A stretch of 57,180 nucleotides of DNA from Patescibacteria group bacterium (GCA_043817315.1 JBDRGY010000003.1:1-57180), one strand, 5' to 3'; counted from the first letter of the stretch, positions 1 through 9,464 are shown. Numbers and translations are program-made. Notes: a model not told the origin generated them from the letters alone.

Positions 1-1208
1 GCGTTGATGAAGTTGAAATATTCGGCTATGCCAAGACCTTAGGAGCTGATTGTTCCGGCACTATCAATGTTGGTGAATCCAAAACCTGTACCATTACCAA
101 TGATGATATCGCTCCTGAATTAACTTTGGTCAAGACAGTGATCAATGACAATGGTGGCATAAAAGAAGTAGCCGACTTCCCATTGTTTATTGATACTGCC
201 GAGGTTGTAAGTGGAGTAACAGAAACCGTAATGGCTAATGTTGAATACACTGCTTCAGAAACTGAAGATCCTAATTATGCTGCTTCTGACTGGAGTGGGG
301 ATTGTGCCGTTGACGGTACAGTTACTTTACAACCAGGTGAAACCAAAACTTGCACCATTACCAATGATGATATTGCACCGGTCTTAACTCTGGTTAAGAC
401 CGTTGATCCTGAGTTAACCAATCCTGGCAAGTTAGTTGTTTACACTGTTGTGGTAGAAAATACCGGTGAGAGCACTGCCTACAACGTTGTCTTGTCAGAT
501 GAATTGCCAGTCGGCTTCACCTTTGCAGATGATGGCGAGAGAACCCGAACTTGGGAATTAGGTGACATGGAGCCTGGTGATAAAATCACTAAAGAATATG
601 AAGTGAACGTTGATAGCAATCAAGCAGCTGGAACCTATGACAATATCGCCGAAGTAGACGCAGATAACCATGAAAAATTATCTGACATCGCTCCGGTTGA
701 AGTAAGAATCCCCATTGTCTTGGGTGAAGAAAGTAAGCCAGAACTAGCCATAGAGAAATCAGTTGATGTCGAATGGACCAACCCTGGAAAAACTGTTAAC
801 TATACTGTGGTTGTTAGCAATATTGGAGATGCTCCGGCTTTGGGAGTAACCTTGACAGATACTCTGCCCGATGGCTTCACTTTTGTCGATACTGGAACCA
901 ATATCAACACTTGGAGCATAGGCGATTTAGTCCCAACCGAAAGCAAAGAAATTGTCTATGAGGTCAAGATTGACGAATCGGTTAAGGCTGGTACTTATGA
1001 AAATCTGGCGGTAGCCAAGGCGGAAAACGCTGATCCGGTATCGGATAAAGTTCCCCTAGAAATCAGGGAAATCGTGGTTTTGGGCGAGGTAGATACCGGA
1101 GCGGGAATTAGAGATTACTTGTTTTTCGGACTTGGCAGCTTGTTCTTGGCAGCCGGTTTATTCTTGTATCGACGAGCCAGTAAACAGATTCTATCTAATA
1201 TTCAATAA
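1..1208 (+). CDS. Cell-surface repeat protein, C-terminal part (5' end lies outside the window)
   Basis: Frame 3 is open from nt 3 (VDEVEIFGYAKTLGADCSGTINVGESKTCTITNDDIAPELTLVKTV), so the track start at 126 is internal. It has the same KTCTITNDD repeat as the next gene, two DUF11-like repeats (TNPGK..Y.V.V.N.G...A..V.L.D.LP.GFTF), and a C-terminal DTGAG motif followed by a hydrophobic stretch and an RRASK tail (sortase-type signal). Confidence 0.8.
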   Translation, partial: VDEVEIFGYAKTLGADCSGTINVGESKTCTITNDDIAPELTLVKTVINDNGGIKEVADFPLFIDTAEVVSGVTETVMANVEYTASETEDPNYAASDWSGDCAVDGTVTLQPGETKTCTITNDDIAPVLTLVKTVDPELTNPGKLVVYTVVVENTGESTAYNVVLSDELPVGFTFADDGERTRTWELGDMEPGDKITKEYEVNVDSNQAAGTYDNIAEVDADNHEKLSDIAPVEVRIPIVLGEESKPELAIEKSVDVEWTNPGKTVNYTVVVSNIGDAPALGVTLTDTLPDGFTFVDTGTNINTWSIGDLVPTESKEIVYEVKIDESVKAGTYENLAVAKAENADPVSDKVPLEIREIVVLGEVDTGAGIRDYLFFGLGSLFLAAGLFLYRRASKQILSNIQ

Positions 1209-1221
1209 AAGTAGCGATTGA

Positions 1222-1249
1222 AAAAAGCCCCGTTTATTCGGGGCTTTTT
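1222..1249 (+). terminator. Rho-independent terminator
   Basis: GCCCCG-tttatt-CGGGGC followed by TTTTT, flanked by an A-run. Confidence 0.8.
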
Positions 1250-1374
1250 GTAATATTGAAACCAGTCTTTCTGAAAAAACTTATCCACAGCCCAATTTTG
1301 GGGCACCTAATCAGGATAACAAATGGCTAATTTTGGCCATTTTTTGTTACATTGAGACCCTGGCCCCCAACCTA

Positions 1375-1403
1375 TTGACAAATCGCTGAAAATGGTGTAG
1401 TAT
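1375..1403 (+). promoter_or_regulatory. Sigma70-type promoter for the surface protein gene
   Basis: TTGACA-N17-TAGTAT. Confidence 0.5.
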
Positions 1404-1638
1404 TACTTGTTAAATTAATAAATAATGTGCTAAGCTAATAAACCGCACATTCGAAAGGAGGAGAGAGTATGCACCTTGTAAAAATTGGAGGAGAAAAACA
1501 AAAAGACCAACAAAAAGTTATAAACAATAGGAAGTACGAAGAAATAAGGTTATTTCTTTATTAGGCTATTTGTAACTTGTCGTTGGTTTTTTTGATAAAA
1601 ATAGTCAATTAATAAGAAGCATTAATAAGGAGAACAAT

Positions 1639-4600
1639 ATGAACACTATCAAAATCGACTTACTACCCAAACAAACACTAAAAAGAAAAGCCCTAAAAAC
1701 TATCAACATCGTGGCCCAAGTTGCTCTAGTTATCAACATGAGCATGGTGGGTGCTATTATAGTTCCGGAAAGAACCGGAGCTGCTGAGTTAGCTCCTACA
1801 GGAACGCTTGGAGCTGTCTGCGATGCCGGAGATGTTAAATATGAAGTAGGAAGTGGCTATGAATATACTGATGGCTCTGCCACTATCAATGTTTTTACAG
1901 TGCCTGGTGATGCTCATAATCGAGTATCCTGGCAAGCTGCTCCGGGTTATAACATTTTATCAATCTGTATTAAAATCGGTGGCCAAGGTGGTTCATTGAT
2001 CCAGGTGAATCCGGTTACCAATTCCGGAGAAGACGGACCTTTCGCTTATGACATTAGTCATGTGGTGATTACTACAGAATCAGTCCAGACACGAAGCCTT
2101 AGGGTTATCAAACACGTCGACAATGATGGAGACGGTATTTATGAAGAGCACAACCCCATTGGTTGGACCTGGGACTTAGACAATGTTAATACTAATTATG
2201 ACATGGGCCACACTGAATGGGTGACCACTGGTTGGCACCATGTTAAAGAAGACCAGCAACCTGGCTATCACGCTGATGGTTGGTATTGTTGCAATGGTAC
2301 TTCCGGTCCTGGCGAGGAGTTGGATGTAAATATTCAAGATGACCTTGTTTGTGAGTTCTGGAATACCAAGGAAAAAGGTTCACTAAAAGTTATCAAACAT
2401 GTAGATAACGGAACAGCTACTCCTGACCAATGGGATTTCACTGTTGCCGGTCAGGGCACTAAATCACCAAACACTGGTGAGAACTTTGTTATCTTCGACG
2501 ACTTACCAGCCGGATCCTACACTGCTACTGAAAGTACAGTTCCTGGTTATCATCCAGTTTCTACAACTTGTAATGATGTTGCCGTGGTGGCTGGCCAGCA
2601 AGCGGTCTGCGAATTCCATAATACTAAAGACACCGAATGTGATTTAGAAATTACCAAATCGGTTGATCTTCAGGCCGCTTATCCCGGAGACATCCTAACC
2701 TATACCATTAACTATGAAAACGTTGGTGACGCCGTTTGTACCGGAACCGGAGTAAAGGTATACGATGAATTACACACCTACCTAACTTACGTAGCCGGTT
2801 CCAAGACCATCCAGATCTTCAACGATGGAGAAGGTGATGGCTACCACGCTACTCAAGGTAACGACTACAACGGAAAGACCAATACCTTACTTTACAACGT
2901 TAACCGAGTCAGCCCGGGTGAATCGGGAGTGATTACTTTAGAGGCTGAGATTACCGACTTATCCTGCGGTGAATACGACATTCCCAATAAAGCCCGAATC
3001 TGGAGTAATGAAACTGGTAACATCTGGAGCAATCAAGTAAACACCCACGTTTCCATTCCTTGCGGAGCGGAATTAACAGTTATTAAACATGTAATAAACG
3101 ATGATGGTGGCACAGCTGTTGCTACTGATTTCACCATGAACGTGACTGGAACTAATGTATCCAACTCTTCTTTCCCTGGCAATGAATCAGGGACTACAGT
3201 TACCCTAGATGCTGGCAGCTATAGTGTTGATGAAAACTATTTCTCCGGTTATGCCAAGACAATTGGCGCTAATTGTTCCGGCAGTATTGCTGATGGGGAA
3301 CACAAAACCTGTACCATTACCAATAATGATAAACCTGCCACCCTGACTTTGATCAAACACGTGATCAATGATGATGGCGGAACCAAGCAAGTTGCTGACT
3401 TCCCCCTATTCATTGATGCTACTCAAGTAACCAGTGGTGTGGCTAACTCAGTTACTCCTGGTACCTATACTGCTTCAGAAACCGAAGATCCTGGTTATCA
3501 GGCTTCTGCTTGGGGTGGTGATTGTGCCGCTGCTGGTGCAGTTACCATCGCACTAGGCGAGCATAAAGTCTGTGAGATTACTAATGATGACATATCATCC
3601 AGCTTGACCTTGATCAAACATGTGATCAACGACGACGGTGGCACTTTGGGTGTAGCTGACTTTAATCTCTATGTTGATTCTACCCAAGTAACCAGCGGGG
3701 TAGCTCACAATGTTGCTCCGGGAACTTATACAGCTTCTGAAGATACCAGTCCCGGTTATTCAGCTTCTCCTTGGAGCGTCGACTGCGCTCCTGACGGTAC
3801 AGTTACTGTGCAAGCTGGTGAACACAAAGTTTGTCATATTACCAATGATGATATGGCACCTCAATTAACTGTTATCAAGCATGTAATAAATGATGATGGT
3901 GGCACTGCTGTAGCAGCTGACTTCACCATGAATGTAACTGGAACCAACGTTTCCAATCCTTCATTCCCTGGTGATGAATCTGGAACTACAGTTACCCTGA
4001 ACCAAGGTTCTTACGTTGTTGATGAAGTGATGGTATCCGGCTACGCCAAGTTAATTGGCGCAGATTGTGTTGGAACTATCAATGTTGGCGAAAGCAAAAC
4101 CTGCACTATCACTAATGACGACGAAGGTCCAACTATCACTCTAGTTAAAGCAGTGATTAACGATAATGGTGGTACAGCCGGAGTTAATGATTTCGGCCTA
4201 ACCATCGGTGCAACTGCCGTTACTTCCGGCCAAACCTTAAACGTTATGGCCAACACTTCCTATGCTTTAGACGAAGCCGGATTGGCTGGCTATAGCTTCG
4301 TTTCCTTAACCGGAGATGAACAATGTCCTGAAGTACTGGGCGGTGAAGTCACCCTGGGCTTAGATGAACACATCACCTGTACCATTACCAACGACGACAT
4401 TGCTCCTGAGCTAACAGTTATCAAACACGTAATAAACGATGACGGCGGCACTGCAGTCGCTGCTGACTTCTTAATGAACGTTACCGGCACCAATGTTTCC
4501 AACGATTCATTTGACGGTGTCGAGTCCCCCGGAGTAACCGTTACTCTGGATCAAGGCTCCTATAGCGTTGACGAAGTCGAAGTAGACGGCTACGCCAAAA

Positions 4601-5814
4601 CTCTTGGCGCTGACTGTTCCGGCACTATCAATGTTGGTGAGCAAAAGACTTGCACTATCACTAATGATGATATTGCTCCAACCCTGACTTTGATCAAAAA
4701 TGTGATCAATGACAACGGTGGCACCAAAGAAGCCGCTGACTTTGAGCTGTTTATCGACAGCCTCCAAGTAGCCAGCGGCGTAACAGAGACTGTAATGGCC
4801 AATGTCCAATATACTGCTTCAGAGAATGAAGACGCTGATTATACAGCTTCTGACTGGAGCGGTGATTGTGCCGCTGATGGTACCGTTACTTTACTGTTGG
4901 GTGAAAATAAAACCTGTGAGATTACCAACAATGATATACCAGAAGAAAAGACCTACGATCCGGTATTGGGAATCACCAAGGCCGTCAATGTAGAATTCAC
5001 CAATCCGGGTAAAGACGTTACCTATACAGCAACCGTTACCAACAATGGTAAGGAAACTGCTTTCAACGTCATCCTGGATGATGATCTGCCTAACGGCTTC
5101 ACCTTTGTAGACGGCGGTGACAACATCAAATCATGGGAATTAGGAGATATGAAAGTCGGTGATGAAATTACCAAGGTGTTTGATGCCCACGTCGATAGTA
5201 ACGAACCGGCCGGCATCTACAACAACGTTGCCTGTACCAAGGCCGATAACCATGGTCAGATTTGCGCCACCGCCCCGGTCGAAATCAGGATCCCCAAAGT
5301 CTTAGCTGAAGAGGCTGACCCCGAATTGACCATTGATAAATCAGTCAATGTGGAATATACCAATCCGGGCAATACCATTACTTATACTTTAGTGATCAGA
5401 AATATCGGAGACGGAGTAGCCGAGGATGTCGAAGTAGTTGACACCTTGCCCGATGGCTTTACCTTCGCTGACACCGGAGTCTACAGCCGCCTGTGGGAAT
5501 TAGGTGATATGGTTCCTGATGAAGAAAGAATCATCACTTATGATGTTAAGGTTGACGTCTCAGTCAAAGCTGGTGTCTATGAAAACCTAGCCATTGTCTC
5601 CGCCAAGGATCTGCCCGACAAATCTGACAAGACAGATGTTGAGGTCAGAATCCCCGAGGTGTTAGGTGCCGAGTTACCTGATACTGGCGGCAATGGAATG
5701 TGGTATCTGATCAGCGGCCTGATGTTGATCATAATGGGTGTGGGAATTACCATGTATCTGAGAAAGAATTCCTTACCCAGATTTGATGGCATGAATTTCC
5801 TGAGCCTGCTTTAA
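1639..5814 (+). CDS. Giant sortase-anchored surface protein (1391 aa) with about 10 tandem ~90-aa repeats and 2 DUF11-type repeats
   Basis: SD aaggag, N-terminal signal/TM segment, and a reiterated L(T/S)(V/L)IKHVINDDGGT...DF...KTCTITNDD unit. Two TNPG...LP(D/N)GFTF repeats. C-terminal LPDTGG followed by a hydrophobic stretch and LRKNS. Confidence 0.85.
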   Translation: MNTIKIDLLPKQTLKRKALKTINIVAQVALVINMSMVGAIIVPERTGAAELAPTGTLGAVCDAGDVKYEVGSGYEYTDGSATINVFTVPGDAHNRVSWQAAPGYNILSICIKIGGQGGSLIQVNPVTNSGEDGPFAYDISHVVITTESVQTRSLRVIKHVDNDGDGIYEEHNPIGWTWDLDNVNTNYDMGHTEWVTTGWHHVKEDQQPGYHADGWYCCNGTSGPGEELDVNIQDDLVCEFWNTKEKGSLKVIKHVDNGTATPDQWDFTVAGQGTKSPNTGENFVIFDDLPAGSYTATESTVPGYHPVSTTCNDVAVVAGQQAVCEFHNTKDTECDLEITKSVDLQAAYPGDILTYTINYENVGDAVCTGTGVKVYDELHTYLTYVAGSKTIQIFNDGEGDGYHATQGNDYNGKTNTLLYNVNRVSPGESGVITLEAEITDLSCGEYDIPNKARIWSNETGNIWSNQVNTHVSIPCGAELTVIKHVINDDGGTAVATDFTMNVTGTNVSNSSFPGNESGTTVTLDAGSYSVDENYFSGYAKTIGANCSGSIADGEHKTCTITNNDKPATLTLIKHVINDDGGTKQVADFPLFIDATQVTSGVANSVTPGTYTASETEDPGYQASAWGGDCAAAGAVTIALGEHKVCEITNDDISSSLTLIKHVINDDGGTLGVADFNLYVDSTQVTSGVAHNVAPGTYTASEDTSPGYSASPWSVDCAPDGTVTVQAGEHKVCHITNDDMAPQLTVIKHVINDDGGTAVAADFTMNVTGTNVSNPSFPGDESGTTVTLNQGSYVVDEVMVSGYAKLIGADCVGTINVGESKTCTITNDDEGPTITLVKAVINDNGGTAGVNDFGLTIGATAVTSGQTLNVMANTSYALDEAGLAGYSFVSLTGDEQCPEVLGGEVTLGLDEHITCTITNDDIAPELTVIKHVINDDGGTAVAADFLMNVTGTNVSNDSFDGVESPGVTVTLDQGSYSVDEVEVDGYAKTLGADCSGTINVGEQKTCTITNDDIAPTLTLIKNVINDNGGTKEAADFELFIDSLQVASGVTETVMANVQYTASENEDADYTASDWSGDCAADGTVTLLLGENKTCEITNNDIPEEKTYDPVLGITKAVNVEFTNPGKDVTYTATVTNNGKETAFNVILDDDLPNGFTFVDGGDNIKSWELGDMKVGDEITKVFDAHVDSNEPAGIYNNVACTKADNHGQICATAPVEIRIPKVLAEEADPELTIDKSVNVEYTNPGNTITYTLVIRNIGDGVAEDVEVVDTLPDGFTFADTGVYSRLWELGDMVPDEERIITYDVKVDVSVKAGVYENLAIVSAKDLPDKSDKTDVEVRIPEVLGAELPDTGGNGMWYLISGLMLIIMGVGITMYLRKNSLPRFDGMNFLSLL

Positions 5815-5835
5815 ATTGAGAGAATAGTCTTCAAT

Positions 5836-5870
5836 AAAACCCCGGCGCTCGCGAGCGACGGGGATTGAGT
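5836..5870. terminator. Bidirectional terminator between convergent genes
   Basis: CCCCGGCGCTCGCGAGCGACGGGG palindrome with an A-run on the left, which reads as a T-run on the minus strand. Confidence 0.6.
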
Positions 5871-5883
5871 TTAATCAGAAAAT

Positions 5884-6846
5884 CTAGACGGTCCTTTTTA
5901 GATTGACGATAGAAAAGATAGCGATGAACATAATGCCAGCCCCAACCCATTGACCGACAGTCAACATTTTATCGTGGATTAGGTATTCGAGCAGGATGGC
6001 GCTTATGGGAAAAAATAACTCATAGATAGTGGCTCGGGAAGCGGTTACTCGCTTTAGTCCCCAGTAGTAGATAAAGATGGCGGTTGCTCCGGTGGTTAAA
6101 GCAATAATGATAAAGAGAAAGATCAGCTGGGAATTGATCATCTTAAAACCATCTAGGCCAGCATAGCTGGTGTTAACTCCGGCTGAGTTTAAACACATGA
6201 TTGCCAAAATAATAACGATCATGACTACGGTGGTAAGCATGAACCGCAGAGCGGTGCCCAGCTGAAAGCTGATTTTGGTAATCGCTTTTTTGGAAAAAAC
6301 AGTAGAAGCAGCAAAAGAAAAAGCGGCCAAGAGAGCAAGCAGGGCGGGAACCAACATGCCTTGAGCAGAAATGTCTGGCTTAGCCCAACCAAAAGTCAGA
6401 AAATAGCTGCCGATTAGGGCAAGGACTGCCCAGCTGTAAAACTTTTTAACGGGACGTTCTTTGAGAATTAGAAAGGCTAGTAGAATGGCAAATAGGGGTT
6501 GTAACTTTTGTAGCAGTAAAACAACAGAAATGTTTAAATGAGCCGAGTGTACTTTTAGGATAGCGGCTACTATAGCCATGGTGCCGACAGCACCACCAAA
6601 AATAGCCACTAACCAAAAAGAACCCCAATCGCTCTTTTGCAGATTCTTCAGTTCCCCCTTTTTCTGGAACAAGAAGGATAAAAGGAAAAATGAGCCCACT
6701 AGATGGAGCAGGAAAACAATGGTGGGGACATCATATAACCCCAGATCTAAAATCTTGGGAGTGAAGAAAACCCCGTCCAGAGCCCATAAAAAAGCGGCCA
6801 GCATAATGGCCAGGGCCCCTAAGATTAGTAAAGATTTTTTAGTCAT
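5884..6846 (-). CDS. EamA/DMT-family transporter
   Basis: 320 aa with about 10 hydrophobic helices in two similar halves, typical of drug/metabolite transporter repeats. Confidence 0.75.
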   Translation of the reverse strand: MTKKSLLILGALAIMLAAFLWALDGVFFTPKILDLGLYDVPTIVFLLHLVGSFFLLSFLFQKKGELKNLQKSDWGSFWLVAIFGGAVGTMAIVAAILKVHSAHLNISVVLLLQKLQPLFAILLAFLILKERPVKKFYSWAVLALIGSYFLTFGWAKPDISAQGMLVPALLALLAAFSFAASTVFSKKAITKISFQLGTALRFMLTTVVMIVIILAIMCLNSAGVNTSYAGLDGFKMINSQLIFLFIIIALTTGATAIFIYYWGLKRVTASRATIYELFFPISAILLEYLIHDKMLTVGQWVGAGIMFIAIFSIVNLKRTV

Positions 6847-7528
6847 TGATAATTTCTTTTCTGCTAATTTCTGTGTAGTGACCGGTCGGCAGGTTGCCCA
6901 GCCTGTAGCTACCGATTCGGACTCTCTTTAAATATACTATATTATGGTTGATTTGTTCAAACATTCTACGAATTTGTCTTTTCCATCCTTGGTGGATTAC
7001 CAGAAAGATCTTTTTATTACCGGAAACTTTTAGCTGATCTGCTTTAGCTAATCCCTCGTCCAGACGTATTCCTCTTTTTAACTGGCCGATTTGATTTTCC
7101 GATATTGGTCTGGTCGTCTCAATCTCATACTCTTTCTGATGTTTGAAGCTGGGATGAGTCAATCTTTGGATCAAGTCTCCATCATCGGTTAAGATCATCA
7201 GTCCTTGCGATTTTTTATCAAGGCGCCCAGCAATCTTTAGCCTGGAACTTCCTGGTATTAACTGATAAACAGTTTTTTCCGATGGAAACTTGGCTCGGGT
7301 GCTGATATAGTCGACAGGCTTATTAAGGGCTAAGTAGCGAAATTGACCGGGAGGAGTCACTTGCCGATTATTGAGGTAGACTATATCTTTTTGAGAATTA
7401 ACCTTGGTTCCCAGCACGGTAACCAATTTTCCATTTAACTTCACTTGGCCACCAGCAATAGCCTGTTCCGCTTGGCGACGTGACAAATCAGTTGATCGAG
7501 AAAGATACTTTTGGAGACGTTCAGGCAT
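6839..7528 (-). CDS. rRNA pseudouridine synthase (RsuA/RluB family) with an N-terminal S4 domain
   Basis: SRR.A...I..G.V.LNG S4-like N-terminus and the catalytic GRLDKKSQGLMILTDDG motif. Overlaps the downstream gene by 8 nt. Confidence 0.85.
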   Translation of the reverse strand: MPERLQKYLSRSTDLSRRQAEQAIAGGQVKLNGKLVTVLGTKVNSQKDIVYLNNRQVTPPGQFRYLALNKPVDYISTRAKFPSEKTVYQLIPGSSRLKIAGRLDKKSQGLMILTDDGDLIQRLTHPSFKHQKEYEIETTRPISENQIGQLKRGIRLDEGLAKADQLKVSGNKKIFLVIHQGWKRQIRRMFEQINHNIVYLKRVRIGSYRLGNLPTGHYTEISRKEIIND

Positions 7529-7553
7529 AATTCTATTATAACAAGAAAACCTC

Positions 7554-7581
7554 TTGACAAGAAAGCCACAGATGCTATACT
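7554..7581 (+). promoter_or_regulatory. Sigma70-type promoter
   Basis: TTGACA-N16-TATACT, about 105 nt upstream of the zinc-ribbon ORF. Confidence 0.5.
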
Positions 7582-7686
7582 GGGCTTACTAATAAACAGC
7601 GTATTTTGTTAGTAACAAGTTCCGAGATTAGCTGAGTAAGTTAGTAGGGAGCAGGTTCAACAAAATACCCATAACGGACATTCAAA

Positions 7687-7860
7687 ATGGACAACCAACA
7701 AGGCTTTGGTCAAAGAAAAATGTACCAAGGCAAATGGACTTGCTCCGAGTGTGGAGCAGAAATCACGGAATTGCCTTTTGAACCGGATGGCGACCGAGCA
7801 ATTTATTGCCGCAAATGCCATCAGGATCGAAGACAGAACCGTGGCGGAAACAAGTTCTAA
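7687..7860 (+). CDS. Small zinc-ribbon protein (57 aa, CxxC-x17/18-CxxC type)
   Basis: Not in the ORF track because it is under 60 aa. Sequence: MDNQQGFGQRKMYQGKWTCSECGAEITELPFEPDGDRAIYCRKCHQDRRQNRGGNKF. A strong terminator follows. It replaces the antisense track ORF 7657..7884. Confidence 0.7.
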   Translation: MDNQQGFGQRKMYQGKWTCSECGAEITELPFEPDGDRAIYCRKCHQDRRQNRGGNKF

Positions 7861-7882
7861 ATAAACTTTTTCCAAATAAAAC

Positions 7883-7920
7883 AAAAAACAAGAACCCCGA
7901 GGACGGGGTTCTTGTTTTGT
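7883..7920. terminator. Bidirectional rho-independent terminator
   Basis: ACAAGAACCCCG-agga-CGGGGTTCTTGT flanked by an A-run and a T-run. Confidence 0.85.
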
Positions 7921-7930
7921 ATAGAATCTT

Positions 7931-8503
7931 TTATTCTAGATCCAGGGTTTGATGATCAATATTGAGATAGACCCAATTGACTTTATTGTTGGCATCCAGG
8001 CTGTAGGCAAAGACTTCTCTGGAGTCAGCTATTCCAATAGTTTTTCCGCCGAAATAATCTGCCATATTAGTCAGCATGGTGACCACGATTTGCTGAGTTT
8101 GGTCAAAGTTAAAGTTAGTAGTGACATTATCGATCCAAGTTAACTGAGTCTGAGCTGCTGTTTTATCGAGGTCACCACAACAACCACTGGCCTCCTTTTC
8201 CAGATGAACGGTATCAGCCAGATAGGTAGCAATGGTGTCGTGGTCATCAGCATTGACAGCGGCTTGAAAGGCAGAGCGCACTTGGCTTGAAGTCATGGTG
8301 GTTGTGGTGTTAACATTTTGGTTGGCTATATTTACGTTTTGGTTCGTTACATTGACATTCTGATTGGTAGTATTAGTGGTTTCTTCAGTTGGCTGCATCC
8401 ACCAATATACCGCGAATATAATTACCACAATAATAACCAATAAGATAAAGCCAGTTGATGATTTTTTTGGTTTTTGCTCTACTGATTTTGCTTGTTCGTC
8501 CAT
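7931..8503 (-). CDS. Membrane-anchored protein with an N/T-rich 7-aa tandem repeat linker
   Basis: MDEQ..EQKPKKSS, then a TM helix, then WW, then TNQNVNV x3, then a globular C-terminal domain. No family recognised. Confidence 0.6.
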   Translation of the reverse strand: MDEQAKSVEQKPKKSSTGFILLVIIVVIIFAVYWWMQPTEETTNTTNQNVNVTNQNVNIANQNVNTTTTMTSSQVRSAFQAAVNADDHDTIATYLADTVHLEKEASGCCGDLDKTAAQTQLTWIDNVTTNFNFDQTQQIVVTMLTNMADYFGGKTIGIADSREVFAYSLDANNKVNWVYLNIDHQTLDLE

Positions 8504-8600
8504 AAAAATTTAGTTTAATTATCCAAGTATTTAAATTAATTATCTACATTAAGTATACCAAGTAATCTCCAATATCTAAAACCTATGTGGATAACCTTTC

Positions 8601-8628
8601 TTGACAGGGGATATCAGGGTGCTAAAGT
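8601..8628 (+). promoter_or_regulatory. Promoter of the nrtR-like gene
   Basis: TTGACA-N16-TAAAGT. Confidence 0.45.
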
Positions 8629-8630
8629 GA

Positions 8631-8649
8631 TAGTGTAAAAGATACACTT
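8631..8649. promoter_or_regulatory. Candidate NrtR operator (imperfect palindrome)
   Basis: TAGTGTAaAAgATACACTt lies just after the -10 and matches the perfect palindrome at 9359 in 16/19 positions. It contains a GT-N7-AC core. Confidence 0.4.
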
Positions 8650-8659
8650 ATTAACAGCC

Positions 8660-9328
8660 ATGATTAAAAAGAGGTATAAACATGTAGTAATAGCCGTCGA
8701 TGTGGTAATTTTTACCATAATCGAAGAGCAGCTACATGTTTTGTTGATTAAGATGAAAAGAAAGCCTTATCTAAAAGCCTGGGCCGCTCCCGGAGGATTA
8801 GTCGATGTTAAAGATTCGGTGGAACAGGCTGCCCAAAAACATCTTCATCTAAAGGCCGGAGTTAAAGACATCTATTTGGAACAGCTTTACACTTTTGGGG
8901 AAGCCAGTCGGGATCCTTTCGGTCGGGTTGTTACGGTGGCTTATTTCGCCTTAATTCCCTCACGGAGCGTTAAACTAAAGACTACCAAAGAATACGGAGG
9001 AGTTAAGTGGTTCCCGGTTGGTAAATTACCTCAATTGGCCTATGACCACCGGCAGATTATTGAATATGCGGTGCACAGATTAAAGCTAAAATTGGAGCGT
9101 TCTAACGTGGTTTACGGCCTATTGCCCCGGGAATTTACCCTGGCCGAGCTGAAAGAGACCTACGAAATAATTTTGGGTAAAAAGATAGATAAAAGGAATT
9201 TCTATAAAAAGGTGAAAACTTTGAAGATTATCAGGGCAACCGGCCGTCTCAGAAGGGGAGAAGCCAACCGGCCGGCTATGCTTTATACTTTTATAACCCG
9301 CCAACCCAAACAGATCAGTGTCCTTTAA
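8660..9328 (+). CDS. nrtR: NrtR-like regulator (degenerate Nudix domain plus C-terminal winged helix)
   Basis: The Nudix box is degenerate: GGLVDVKDSVEQAAQKHLHLKAGV, with KHLHLK in place of REL.EE. The C-terminus, LLPREFTLAELKETYEIILGKKIDKRNFYKKV, is typical of NrtR wHTH domains. Confidence 0.7.
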   Translation: MIKKRYKHVVIAVDVVIFTIIEEQLHVLLIKMKRKPYLKAWAAPGGLVDVKDSVEQAAQKHLHLKAGVKDIYLEQLYTFGEASRDPFGRVVTVAYFALIPSRSVKLKTTKEYGGVKWFPVGKLPQLAYDHRQIIEYAVHRLKLKLERSNVVYGLLPREFTLAELKETYEIILGKKIDKRNFYKKVKTLKIIRATGRLRRGEANRPAMLYTFITRQPKQISVL

Positions 9329-9358
9329 ATATAAGTTATAAAAATTTTTCCCCTTAGT

Positions 9359-9377
9359 TAGTGTATAAAATACACTA
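9359..9377. promoter_or_regulatory. Candidate NrtR operator (perfect 19-bp palindrome)
   Basis: TAGTGTAT-AAA-ATACACTA, located between the nrtR stop codon and the first island promoter. Confidence 0.4.
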
Positions 9378-9435
9378 TACCGAGACCAGTGATTTGGCAC
9401 TTATCAATAATGGAAATTTGTGGGGTAAATGACCA

Positions 9436-9464
9436 TTGACAAATCTAAAGTTTTTAGCTAAGGT
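9436..9464 (+). promoter_or_regulatory. Promoter of the PP2C-kinase-PncA-vWA operon
   Basis: TTGACA-N17-TAAGGT. The -10 lies inside the palindrome at 9455-9470. Confidence 0.45.

Noticed and set aside
1469-1564. 31-aa ORF with a strong AAAGGAGG site in the leader of the giant surface protein gene
   Set aside because: It might be a leader peptide. However, it is short and lysine/glutamine-rich, and I have no conservation evidence. It is therefore not listed as a feature.
3205-5792. Minus-strand and alternative-frame ORFs inside the giant surface protein gene (for example 4041..4256, 4290..4502, 4507..4809, 4590..4802, 5022..5216, 5577..5792)
   Set aside because: They lie wholly inside a long, motif-rich + strand ORF and recur with the DNA repeat period. 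They have no start signals and their sequences are low-complexity. They are typical shadow ORFs.
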